Of a stretch of DNA of 27,976 nucleotides, positions 1 through 9,673 are shown piece by piece (positions within the stretch are counted from its first letter, which is position 1; each line of letters opens with the position of its first letter). The notes beneath the pieces are model-generated. The model saw only the letters and a list, made by a program, of their open reading frames with translations. It was not told the DNA's origin and ran no database searches. Source of the stretch: an uncultured Nitrososphaerota archaeon (GTDB taxonomy: Archaea; Asgardarchaeota; Njordarchaeia; Njordarchaeales; Njordarchaeaceae); NCBI GenBank assembly GCA_964518475.1, contig CAZFGR010000021.1, forward strand, positions 1 through 27,976, read 5' to 3'. The position numbers and the translations under genes were made by a program.

Positions 1-187
1 CCTTCAGAGAGAGTCAGGAAATATGAAGTTATTTACAAAAATTAATCTACATGATGAGGAGGAACACCTGCAAAGAGAAAAATCTGTGGAGTTATAGGAT
101 AGTGGGTTCTTATGAATGACTATTTGAGCCAGCATTAAGAATGGATGAAGATTTTTTATTTTTAATTCGTGCTAATTTGATTAGTAG

Positions 188-727
188 GTGGCTGGGTTGA
201 GTGAAAAGAAGGATGTTGCAACATTGAGGATACCTAAGAAAATCATATCTATTTTTTCATCATATGGAATAGGCATTGAAGAGGCCCTCATAGAATACCT
301 CCGCCGATTAACTAATGATCCAGATATTCTAGCGGATCTCCATTTATCCCTCGCCGATAAATTCCTTAACGAGGGAGAAAATTTAATAGAGGAAGAACCT
401 ATACAAGCCTCTGAGAAATTATATAAAGCTGCGGAAGAGGCAATAAAAGCATTAGCAACAAAATATGCTAAGGATGTCCTCTCAAACGTGGAAGCACGTG
501 GTAGATGGACCGTAACAGATCTAGAAAAAGCATTAAAGCATATCGTTAGAATAACTAATAAAAAGGAACTAATCAGTTGGTGGGATGATGCAAATTATTT
601 ACACGTCCGGGGTTTCCATGAAGCAAAATTAGATACCGAATCCATAAAATTAAGACTAGCAAGCATACGCAAATTAGTAGAGTACGCCAAAAATGCCGTA
701 AAGTCAGAAAAATTAGAGAAAATCTGA
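188..727 (+). CDS. PaREP1-family HEPN-superfamily protein
   Basis: Signature QASEKLYKAAEEAIKALA, GRWT, and W..A..LHVRGFHE (HEPN-type motif). Short N-terminal extension; start codon uncertain. Confidence 0.9.
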   Translation: MAGLSEKKDVATLRIPKKIISIFSSYGIGIEEALIEYLRRLTNDPDILADLHLSLADKFLNEGENLIEEEPIQASEKLYKAAEEAIKALATKYAKDVLSNVEARGRWTVTDLEKALKHIVRITNKKELISWWDDANYLHVRGFHEAKLDTESIKLRLASIRKLVEYAKNAVKSEKLEKI

Positions 728-1244
728 GAAAAATTGCAAAACTAGTTTCTGCATCTACTACTTAAAAACAATTAGTTAGTGCGTTATTTAGGTTTTAGGT
801 AAAAATCTCTTTATGATGGTATTAACTACGTAGATTTTTCCTTAAAGATTTTATCAAACATTTAAAATTTCTCTTCATTAATAAGCTCGTTTACTCTAGG
901 AATCTTAATAGCTGCAATTTTTTCTTTTAATAATTTTTCTAGAAATTGTTTAAAACCATAAAATTCAGTACATAGAAGCGTATTTCTTATCGCATAGTCT
1001 ACGATCTCATATATCAGTATAGTTAATGATGTAGATTCCCGAAAAATTTAGTTTTTAATGCTGGAGCTCGTTCTGGTTTTGATAATTAAAAGTCCCATAG
1101 TATTATATTACCCCTTAAATAATCCCTCAAATCTTATAATAGATAATAATAATGAATTATTTGTGAATAATCCTTAAAAAGTAGGGTCTTCTGAATCACT
1201 TGGTATGAAAATATGGTTAGTAATTTCTGTAAGGGGGTAGTTCA

Positions 1245-1685
1245 ATGGTTAAAGTACCATTGGAGCAGTTGGTGTGGATTGTTATTAAGTTGCATGAAAA
1301 GTACGCTAAGAGAGGCTTAGGGCGCACAAAGCTGGTAAAATTACTCTTCTTCATCGATCTTGAAGCAATGAAAAGATTTTCCTCTAAAATAACTGGCTTA
1401 ACATGGTTTAGATGGTTTTATGGACCATTTAACCCAGAAATTTACCGCATTTTAGAAGAGTTAATGAGCCAAGGAGTAATTGATATTGATGTCTATGTGC
1501 ACGATGATTTGAGAACAGAATTCATCTATTGCACTAAAAAGCCCATGAAAGTAGAATTATCGAGAGATATCAAAGCACTAGTCAAGGAAGTCGTGAGAAA
1601 ATATGCTAAGAAATCACTAATTGAGGTACTGAAAGATGCTTATGAGAAAATGGGAGATCGAGACTTAGGAGAGGTGATAATATGA
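1245..1685 (+). CDS. Panacea (DUF4065/SocA-like) domain antitoxin
   Basis: GRTKLVKLLFFID and FRWFYGPF motifs; GGGGG RBS upstream; ATGA overlap with the next gene. Confidence 0.85.
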   Translation: MVKVPLEQLVWIVIKLHEKYAKRGLGRTKLVKLLFFIDLEAMKRFSSKITGLTWFRWFYGPFNPEIYRILEELMSQGVIDIDVYVHDDLRTEFIYCTKKPMKVELSRDIKALVKEVVRKYAKKSLIEVLKDAYEKMGDRDLGEVII

Positions 1686-2248
1686 GTCTCGATAAAGAGT
1701 TTAGAAAAAAGATCCTACTGATTCCACAACCCTTCTTTGAATCCACAATATTTCCAGAATACGTCACATCAAAAAAACCAGCGATATTCGTATTCATGAA
1801 AATGGTTAATGAAATAAGAGATTTCTTGGTAGAGAAAATAAAGAAAAGAGAACTCCCGAGTTTTGAAAGAGATATTAAAGAGATTATAGATATTATAGAG
1901 AGGAACCTATCTTCTGATAAACTCGGTGAGTTAGCCCAAAATATGGATGCATTAGAAGTAGATACTCGGGAACTACTCCTGGATCTAGCGGAGATTCTGG
2001 ACGTTATACCAGATAAGTATGGTGTGCTAAAACTGATCTCACACGCTATAAGAGCTCTGCTTTATTATAAAATAGAGAAAAACCCCGAAGCCCTACTGAG
2101 AATAACCTATCTAATCCTATACTTAATAGCCGCCTACTCGATTCTTATGAATAAGCCAAAGAAAGATGCCGAAAGGCTCTATCATGAACTCATCCTACCA
2201 GCTTATGAAAAGGAAATGGATTCCATCCTAAAGATGATCACCAGCTAG
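1682..2248 (+). CDS. Hypothetical alpha-helical protein, coupled to the Panacea gene
   Basis: 188 aa ORF, GAGGTGA RBS, 4-nt overlap with the upstream gene. No recognisable motif. Confidence 0.7.
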   Translation: MSLDKEFRKKILLIPQPFFESTIFPEYVTSKKPAIFVFMKMVNEIRDFLVEKIKKRELPSFERDIKEIIDIIERNLSSDKLGELAQNMDALEVDTRELLLDLAEILDVIPDKYGVLKLISHAIRALLYYKIEKNPEALLRITYLILYLIAAYSILMNKPKKDAERLYHELILPAYEKEMDSILKMITS

Positions 2249-2263
2249 TCTAGGGCAACATGA

Positions 2264-3013
2264 ATGAAAATATTAGCAGACACATATTACTTTTTAAGAC
2301 CAGCAGAACTGACAGAGAAACTAAGAGAAAAGAGGATAATCTCTGAGAAGCGCTTACCAAAAGTAGAGATAATAATCACCGAAAGCCAGCTCACAAAACT
2401 AGAGAAAATCTTTATCATGAAAATTAATCAAATTTTAGAAAAAGTTAAGAAAATTCTCGACGAAACGAGACGTAAGAAGGAAAAGATTACGAACATAATC
2501 ATTAAGCTCGGAAATGAAGCTGATGCGACAGTATTCCTAATAGCATTAAAAGCCTATCTAGGAAAAGACATCAGTGATCTTCTAGACTTGAAAAAGAGAC
2601 ATAAGGCGAAGCACAAATTCTCAAGAAAGGATCTGAGAAAGTTAACTCAGAAAATTTCTAAGGATGTAGGGAAGCCCGTATATATTAGAGGAGGCATAGA
2701 GACTCTCTCAACCCCAATAAGGTCCAAGATAAAGAGAGTCTTAGAAGAATATTTGAGAAAGAAATGCATCAATTTTTCAGTAAGAAGCCCGGAGGAGAAA
2801 AAAGAAGAACTCAGAAAATTTCTCAAAAACATTAAAGAGAACATCTGCAAAAAGAAATGCGGAAGGCAGCCAGATAGCGAGGACGTCGAACTCGCTTATC
2901 AGTTCACACGAATAGCAAGAGGATTAGAAAATTCGAAAATACTCACCCAAGACAAGAAAGATGAATGTCTAACATGCATAATAAATCATGTCACCCCAAA
3001 CTTAAAATTATAG
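2264..3013 (+). CDS. PIN-domain protein with a large basic helical insertion
   Basis: N-terminal KILADT, strand IIITES, C-terminal PDSEDVEL and ILTQDK supply PIN-type acidic residues. The usual second Glu is not evident. Confidence 0.65.
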   Translation: MKILADTYYFLRPAELTEKLREKRIISEKRLPKVEIIITESQLTKLEKIFIMKINQILEKVKKILDETRRKKEKITNIIIKLGNEADATVFLIALKAYLGKDISDLLDLKKRHKAKHKFSRKDLRKLTQKISKDVGKPVYIRGGIETLSTPIRSKIKRVLEEYLRKKCINFSVRSPEEKKEELRKFLKNIKENICKKKCGRQPDSEDVELAYQFTRIARGLENSKILTQDKKDECLTCIINHVTPNLKL

Positions 3014-3034
3014 CTTTAGGAAAAATCTTAGATA

Positions 3035-3766
3035 ATGGGGATGAGCTTGATAGAGATTCGCGAGAATATTGACTGCTTAAAGCAGCTTAGTGAGCTCTTG
3101 TTGAGACTTAAGGAGCTGGGTTTTGAGAAAATTAACATAGATGAGGCTGTCGAGGCCATTCTGTTGTATCATGCGCTTAAGCGCAGATTTGCAAAGTATA
3201 ATGTTTCCCCTAAGATGATTGTTAATTACATTCTAAAGATAGCTGAGGATGCACCTTTTCTTGCAGAGATTATCACGTGGAATCTCGTGGAGAAACGTTT
3301 TGGTGTAAAATTCATAAAGCAGAAGTGGACAAGCCCTATAGACTTTGTAAGCGAAGACCGAAGAATATATGTAGAAGTAAAGCATATCGAGGGATTAAAA
3401 GAGGATCCCACTCTATCCTTCAGACAAATAAAAGCTTTCCTAAAGCGAATAAGAAGCAACGCTAATGTATTCTTATCCATCTTTGTGCCAGAGAAAGATG
3501 AGCTCTTCTTAGTAAAGTTAAATAATATTGCAGGCGACCTCGAAGAGGTAGAGAAAAGCACGAACAAGAGTAACGCGATCAGGAAATTCTCACGCAAATT
3601 ACTAAAATACGTTGAACAGAAGAGAGCGACCTATATAAGCCAAAAACATCTACATAAAAAGGGCAAAGCCAGCGTAGAGGAATTACTAACAAAAAGAGAA
3701 AAACTAGGATGGATAGAGTATTTCCCCAACATCTCCAAATATCATGCAAAGAAACACTCCCAATAA
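3035..3766 (+). CDS. PD-(D/E)XK restriction-fold nuclease
   Basis: LAE...SPIDF...IYVEVKH...SFRQ catalytic pattern. Confidence 0.75.
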   Translation: MGMSLIEIRENIDCLKQLSELLLRLKELGFEKINIDEAVEAILLYHALKRRFAKYNVSPKMIVNYILKIAEDAPFLAEIITWNLVEKRFGVKFIKQKWTSPIDFVSEDRRIYVEVKHIEGLKEDPTLSFRQIKAFLKRIRSNANVFLSIFVPEKDELFLVKLNNIAGDLEEVEKSTNKSNAIRKFSRKLLKYVEQKRATYISQKHLHKKGKASVEELLTKREKLGWIEYFPNISKYHAKKHSQ

Positions 3767-3958
3767 GCAATTATCTTCCAATAGCTCACTAATGATCTTT
3801 TTTGCTGCGTCACTGATTTCCAGCATCCTTTGAAAAGACGGAGTAATGTGTATGAATGTAATCCTAATAGTTCTTTTAAGGACATACTGTAGTATTTTCT
3901 GATAATTCTCCTAGTATTTTAACAACTCCTTGAGGAGTTTCAAATAAAATTTTCTTAG

Positions 3959-5158
3959 CTATTTTCTCACCTTAACTGGTGAGAGTAATTTATAAGTTAT
4001 TTTACTGGAACTGAGATAAAGAATGTATATCAAGTAATTAAGTTTCATATTTCTTATGATAGAATTATTCTGATTAACTATAATTTTCACGGGCAGTCCA
4101 GAAAATAATACATCATTTTCAAAGAAATGTATATAATCCTCTACAGAAGACCCATCTATAATTAAACCATACTGATTATCGAAATCGGAATGCTCAAAAT
4201 GAAAATATCTGCAAGATGAAAGTTTTATACTCAAAAATCCTTTTCTAACAATAATTTTATTGAAAGTGCAATTATTTGAATAATAAGAAATTATGCCTAA
4301 ATAACCAATTATGCTAATTTCATTGAAATAGCATTGTTGAGACGAAATTATTTGCAAAAAACCGTTGATAATCTTAATGTTAATAATAGTGATATTTCGA
4401 GTATTAATTAAAATCAAGTGCCCTATTATTCTATTAGCTAAAATTAAATCCGTAGTATCCTTTATTACCTCCACAGGACGACTATTTACTGTGTTGTTGA
4501 TAAAATTTAGAGTTGAATAATCATGTTTATTTAAATACTGGTGAAGAAGAATAGGTATTTTCTTAGTATTAATTCTATTTGATGCAATGATTATTTCTTT
4601 TGAATCCCTAATAATTAATCCTATATCAGTTGATAGTAAATTCTTTTCAATATATATTTCAGAAGAACGCTCTAACCAGATCCCCATTGAAAGGGATTCA
4701 AAGGTTACATTTCTTATTATAATATTTGAAGAGTTATAAATATGAATACCAATTGAGTATATAGGTATATAATAAAAGGAAAAAGTATAGGGTTTATTGT
4801 CTTGTTTGGATAATAATTTACAATTTCTAATCACAATATACTTATTTGTATCTTTAATACTTATTCCTTCATGCTCATCAAATCTAGTCATGTCTAATAA
4901 AATATTTTCAATTATGTATGGATCGTTCTTGGTACCCGAACCCTTTATGAATGGATATTTGCTTTTATCTACATCATTGTGGATTCTTATTGATCTTTCT
5001 AATAATAAATAATGCAAATCTATCTCAGGACTTACGCCTTGTAGTCTTGTATGAGTGAGTAACTTACGAGATAATATAGGGATAGTGGATAGTAATAAGC
5101 CAGAAATTACAAGAAATAGGAATATTGATGACTTAATTATATCTCTAATGCTCATCAC
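3959..5158 (-). CDS. Secreted/surface right-handed parallel beta-helix (NosD/CASH-like) protein, probably C-terminally truncated
   Basis: N-terminal hydrophobic signal/TM segment, GSGTKNDPYIIEN motif, repeated GIxIxxSxxIxIxxN units. The repeat breaks off abruptly near 4020. Confidence 0.8.
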   Translation of the reverse strand: MMSIRDIIKSSIFLFLVISGLLLSTIPILSRKLLTHTRLQGVSPEIDLHYLLLERSIRIHNDVDKSKYPFIKGSGTKNDPYIIENILLDMTRFDEHEGISIKDTNKYIVIRNCKLLSKQDNKPYTFSFYYIPIYSIGIHIYNSSNIIIRNVTFESLSMGIWLERSSEIYIEKNLLSTDIGLIIRDSKEIIIASNRINTKKIPILLHQYLNKHDYSTLNFINNTVNSRPVEVIKDTTDLILANRIIGHLILINTRNITIINIKIINGFLQIISSQQCYFNEISIIGYLGIISYYSNNCTFNKIIVRKGFLSIKLSSCRYFHFEHSDFDNQYGLIIDGSSVEDYIHFFENDVLFSGLPVKIIVNQNNSIIRNMKLNYLIYILYLSSSKITYKLLSPVKVRK

Positions 5159-5757
5159 CGAATAAGTACTCTTAAGAATGAATCCCTATTCCTCGATATA
5201 TGCCATGCCTTTAACCTAATATATATTTTTTGATCATCGTTATGCTTTTAAAATCGTCTTAGTATCGATGTCTATATTCTAATAGTATACTTAGCTATAG
5301 GGTATTATACGTGGCAACATTGAGTTATGCAAGCTTAATGAGTGTCTGATTGCATTTAATTCAGAATTAGGTTCTTATGTATATCCACTCTCTCCTGCGA
5401 AATTGCATAATGCGAGCATTTCTTTTATTCTTGCATAATTAGTACTCTAACCGCTAATGAAATAGGCTATATTTAGGACTATTGCAATCCAATAGAATTT
5501 GGAATTTTCGTTAAATCATCGTATTCACATGCTTAACTTCATATTACTTATATTGCAATATTAGACTACTGGATGTACTATATGCTTATTCATCGGAGTA
5601 TTCGGGTTTACGATAATATGAAGAAGTTTGTTAATTATTTTTAGATCTAATTCTGGTTTGTCGAAAATTTCTTGGCATCGCTTAGCCGTCATTTTTATGG
5701 TGAAGGGGGTTGTATTAGGTATTGCAGAGACAACACAAGCCATGAGAAGCCCGCTCC

Positions 5758-6649
5758 ATGAGAAAGTACATAGCTTCGACAGCCTTAAAACTTTTAGCCT
5801 CTCTCCTCCATGCGATGTATAGCCAGATATACCCGAGATGTAGCAAGCATGAGCAGAGAAAAAAATTCACCATACCGCAGGAAATGACGATAATAACGAT
5901 AGGCAAGACCCCCAGAATTTACTTATAGGGAGATGGAGACACTAGCCAGAGCTGGAAGACGTCTCGGGCATAAAAAGAGGCGACGACGTTTCGGAATTTC
6001 CAGCATTTTGCTAAAAAAGGTAAGGCCAAGAAAGATCCAAGACCTCAAGAAGCCGTAGCCACCATTATCTTAAGAGATAGGAATAGAGGGAACCAGCCAT
6101 CCTAATAGACTCGACGGACTTCCAGATAATGGATGCCTCAAGCTACTACAATTACAAAGCCCAGAGAGCAGCTGATTTCTTCAAGTTGCATGTTATGATG
6201 GATGAAGCGACGAGGGTCATAATCTTAGCGACGCCGAGTGGTAGGTATTGCCACGATAGGAAGCCTTTCTGGAACTACTCTCTTCCAGAACTGGATAGAC
6301 TCCCCAAGGTCTTCGGTTTCAAGATCCGCCATGTATCAGCCGACTGGACATACCCATCTAACGGAGTCTATGGAGCTGTTGGGGGAGACCCAATGTGATA
6401 CCAGGTATCAAGCTCTGCAAGAGGAGGGAAGTCCTAAGGCGAGGCCCGATAGCTATTTATCGGGGGATGCGTAATCTTCTATGGCTTCGCCGCTATGCCA
6501 ACGCTAGGTGAGTCTGGAAGGCGATGTTTGAGGTTTTTAAGAGGTTTTTTGATTGTTATGTTCGTGGTCGCTCCTGGCTCTCTAGGTGTCTAGAACTCCT
6601 CTTTAAGGCCTCGACATAGAACGTCTTGGTCTTACTAAGTGCTTTATAA
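5758..6649 (+). mobile_element. Degenerate IS5-like (DDE_Tnp_1) transposase pseudogene
   Basis: Motifs across several frames: SKHEQRKKFTIPQ; AILIDSTDF (IDSTD at 6105-6119, for IDSTG); FKLHVMMD; HD; VSADWTY; VIPGIK; MFEVFKRFFDCYVRGRS...ELLFKAST*N. Multiple stops and frameshifts; visibly more GC-rich than the flanks. Confidence 0.8.
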
Positions 6650-6721
6650 TAAAGCTTGGCAAGTAACGCCTAAGGGAGGTAAAGAAATAAATTTTTGAGA
6701 AACCAAACATATCTTTGTTAA

Positions 6722-7702
6722 TTAAAATAATCTCTTGGACTGAGGAATTATTTCATTTACAATTTTTGCTATTATATCTAAGCCACCTTTTCCCTCTAAT
6801 AGAGTGATTACGGATATTTTTCTTCTTCCTAGGTCTTTTAGTGATGTACCTAATACAAAGACTTGGAATCTATCAATGACTATCCATCTATCATGAACTA
6901 AACTTGTAGAAAAAAGCATAATTCGGTGTCCATACTTTTTAGAATACTTTCTGCAAGCTTTTATCAACTTTTTATGCTTCGTTAGTGGATTCTCATTCTT
7001 CCCATGACCATTAATTATGATGAGAGAGACTTCAGGATTTAAATTTGTGCAGATAAATTCTATACTTTCTCTATCAATATAAGGATCTACTAAAATAACT
7101 TCTTTTCTTGCCAGTTTTATGATTTCTTTTATAAGGATTAAAGCTTTATCACGTTCGTTAGGTTTGATCGTACATGGTAAATCAAATGATAATTTTCTGG
7201 AAAGCTTAATCCCCCGTATTCTTATATCAACAATACTTCGATATTTATCTTTCAAAGACATTATTAGACTATATGATTGCGGTTTAAGACGTTTTCTTGA
7301 TTTCTTAGAAACAAGCACCAATACTAGAACAATTCTTTCATTATTATATTCCGCTTCTCTACAGATATCCTCAAACTTTTTCACAATGTTGCGGATGATG
7401 CCTCTTCTGAATTTATATATAAAATCGATACATATGTAGGTTCTAGGTTCTGAATCAATGAGAAGAAGAATTCCCACAGGCTTATTATAGATTCTCGGTT
7501 CTCTCTCAATGATCTTAATTTTACTGTTTAAACCACTTAGTCTTTCCTTCAGGGCGTAAGCACACGTTATAATATGGTTTCTGAGCAATTTCTCCGAGTG
7601 ATATATAAATCTCTCACTTGTCTCTTCTATTATTCTTAATATCTGATTCACTAGGTTATTGATATCGAAGTTCACCACCTCTTTGTGAGCATTCCTGATC
7701 AC
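6722..7702 (-). CDS. Degenerate REase-fold domain + C-terminal PLD-like (HDR-type) domain; may be the 3' part of a fused gene with 7656-8552
   Basis: EVILVDPYID and VHDRWIVID...LGTSLKDLG PLD-like motifs. The N-terminal EREPRI...ILLLID...ICIDF segment resembles a PD-(D/E)XK fold without catalytic residues. Frame is open upstream to 7774. Confidence 0.7.
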   Translation of the reverse strand: MIRNAHKEVVNFDINNLVNQILRIIEETSERFIYHSEKLLRNHIITCAYALKERLSGLNSKIKIIEREPRIYNKPVGILLLIDSEPRTYICIDFIYKFRRGIIRNIVKKFEDICREAEYNNERIVLVLVLVSKKSRKRLKPQSYSLIMSLKDKYRSIVDIRIRGIKLSRKLSFDLPCTIKPNERDKALILIKEIIKLARKEVILVDPYIDRESIEFICTNLNPEVSLIIINGHGKNENPLTKHKKLIKACRKYSKKYGHRIMLFSTSLVHDRWIVIDRFQVFVLGTSLKDLGRRKISVITLLEGKGGLDIIAKIVNEIIPQSKRLF

Positions 7703-8552
7703 TTCTATAGAAATACCGCTTTCGTGTAGAGGAACTTCGTTTTTTGTTTCGATTAGATATTTTTTTAACTCCCTTTAATATCTCTCTTAATTTCTGAGTA
7801 CTGGAGGATATCTCTATCAAGTTCTTTTCATAATTGAATAACATCTTAGAAAATTCTTTAATTGCTTCTAATTTCTTTTTTAACTCTTTTTGAGTAGTAG
7901 GTTCTATAATTCCTCTCTTAGTTAAAAATTCAATAGTTTTGCTCACACTCTCTTCAAGTTTTCTAAGTCTTCTTTTTATTTCTTCTATCTTAGGACCAAG
8001 TATACTCACGTCCAATGGACCTGTAGCTCTCGATGTAAAGGGTCTAAATTCTTTACTCAGGACATCAATACCCTGATTAATTAACGTAAGAATCCTACGC
8101 TTTGCTATTTCTTTCTCATCAAATTTTACCATAGCATCATAAGCAAAAATATTCCAAAGGATATTAAGTAGTATAATGATGCGACTGATTTTATCATGCT
8201 CAGATAGGATAATCGCAACATATCCCCATGACGTTTTATCTCTTATGAACCCAAGAGTTTTCAGTGTTACTAAAATTATTCGGTTGATAGTCGTATCACT
8301 TAATTTCCTATCTCTTTTTTCATTTAATCGTTTAAGCGCATCTATTGGGGTGTAGCCTTCTTTAAGTAATTCAATTAGATAAAGAAGCTCGGAGAATTTT
8401 AAATCATACCGAAAATATTTTACGGTTTTGCTTGTTTGAACGAATTTATCACATACTGGGCACTCACCATACACTACTCTTCCCTTCATATTAATTGATC
8501 TTATTGGACATCCACAAGTAGGGCACACAAATATATGCCCTTCTGCCTTCAC
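7656..8552 (-). CDS. Zn-ribbon + winged-HTH-like protein with a helical C-terminus
   Basis: CPTCG...CPVC; LLKEGYTPIDALKRL...LSDTTINRII...LKTLGFI; GGGGGTGA RBS. Confidence 0.65.
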   Translation of the reverse strand: MKAEGHIFVCPTCGCPIRSINMKGRVVYGECPVCDKFVQTSKTVKYFRYDLKFSELLYLIELLKEGYTPIDALKRLNEKRDRKLSDTTINRIILVTLKTLGFIRDKTSWGYVAIILSEHDKISRIIILLNILWNIFAYDAMVKFDEKEIAKRRILTLINQGIDVLSKEFRPFTSRATGPLDVSILGPKIEEIKRRLRKLEESVSKTIEFLTKRGIIEPTTQKELKKKLEAIKEFSKMLFNYEKNLIEISSSTQKLREILKGVKKISNRNKKRSSSTRKRYFYRSDQECSQRGGELRYQ

Positions 8553-8557
8553 TTAGT

Positions 8558-9097
8558 TCACCCCCTTAAGATTAGTGAGCGAAGGTCTTCATTCCTTCGC
8601 AAATATTTTAGAAAACTAGAAATGCATAATACCGCTGGTAAGGAAGATAAACGATTTGCAATCCATTCTTTTTTTGATTTTAGAGACGTCTCTATCCAGT
8701 CTTTAACGACCACATGAAGCTTGTTGTCCTCAATACTCTTAGTTTTCTCATAAAGGTCGGAAACCTCATCAAATGTGAGTGAAAACTTAGTGGCTGTTGT
8801 TATTGACCAGCTTCTAGGCTTAAAGAAAACTCTCCTTTTATCATATTTAATGAAGACCTCGTCACCATTTGCAAATCGAAGATGTATTGTATCATTACTT
8901 CTAGGTTCAACGGGTTCACGGACTGTGGATTTACCTAAAATTCTATGCGTAAAATTGCCTATCTTAGCCTCATTGATGTTCTCCATAATTAACTCTCTGA
9001 TGAATTCTAAGAGACTACTTACTTGTTCTGGAGTCAAACTGATTTCTTGTACAAGACTGTCACCTATTTTCAGTTGCACTCTGACCTTTTTTGGCAT
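8558..9097 (-). CDS. Hypothetical protein, first gene of the operon
   Basis: 179 aa ORF with GGGGG RBS and an upstream TATA; 5 nt from the next gene. Confidence 0.7.
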   Translation of the reverse strand: MPKKVRVQLKIGDSLVQEISLTPEQVSSLLEFIRELIMENINEAKIGNFTHRILGKSTVREPVEPRSNDTIHLRFANGDEVFIKYDKRRVFFKPRSWSITTATKFSLTFDEVSDLYEKTKSIEDNKLHVVVKDWIETSLKSKKEWIANRLSSLPAVLCISSFLKYLRRNEDLRSLILRG

Positions 9098-9145
9098 CCC
9101 TTAACCCCCAGATTAATAGTTTACTCTGCAATCTGAGTACGTTGT

Positions 9146-9288
9146 GTACTATTATACTACAAATTTAGTACAGATATTTATTAAGTTTTCCTTTTCATTT
9201 TTTTAGCTAGATCATTGTGTTTCTTCTAGAATATATTCACATCCTCATCAAATTTAAATGTTCTTGAAACGTAGTACTATTGTACCAC
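9146..9288 (-). promoter_or_regulatory. BRE/TATA promoter with two copies of a semi-palindromic operator-like box
   Basis: Minus-strand GAAAACTTAATAAAT at about 9176-9190; GTACTATTATACTAC (9146-9160) and GTACTATTGTACCAC (9274-9288). Confidence 0.45.
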
Positions 9289-9439
9289 ATGAGTGTGGGA
9301 AGAGAATTCTAAGATCCGCCGTCAGCTTAATATTTGAGGATATCTTACTAAACCAGTGTAGCTTTATCTTAACCTAACAATTTGACGAGTCAAATACTAG
9401 ATTCATTTATCACGAGGTACTGACGAAAATTATACTATT

Positions 9440-9578
9440 TATTTTCCATCAATCAAGAAATAACCGAGAACAGCAATGTATTAACAGTAGGTCTCAGGAG
9501 GCGAGAATTTGCGATGCTTTTGTCACAATCTTAGCCTATAATGTGGCGAGAATAATCACATCAAGTCTAATTAAATAG
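9440..9578 (+). pseudogene. C-terminal remnant of a second IS5/IS4-like transposase
   Basis: FPSIKK then NSRSQEARICDAFVTILAYNVARII*, matching the xRS...LAYN transposase tail. Confidence 0.5.
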
Positions 9579-9673
9579 TCTGAAGAGAGCTTAGAGGACT
9601 GGACGGGATGGGGCAAAAAGATAAATTTGGAATAAAGCCAGCTAGGAGGATTATAATTCATTAATATGAGGTC

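Noticed and set aside
820-1098. Minus-strand interrupted reading frame (MGLLIIK...*...FKQFLEKLLKEK...)
   Set aside because: Coding-like, but with internal stops and no identifiable family; cannot be supported.
3965-3984. TCTCACC-N6-GGTGAGA hairpin as a terminator
   Set aside because: Only a 7-bp stem, inside an ORF end and overlapping an RBS-like sequence; plausible by chance.
5160-5750. Short ORFs and hydrophobic fragments upstream of the beta-helix gene
   Set aside because: No coherent frame or motif; probably decayed sequence adjoining the IS.
5640-6720. Terminal inverted repeats or target duplication of the IS
   Set aside because: No convincing inverted pair found by eye.
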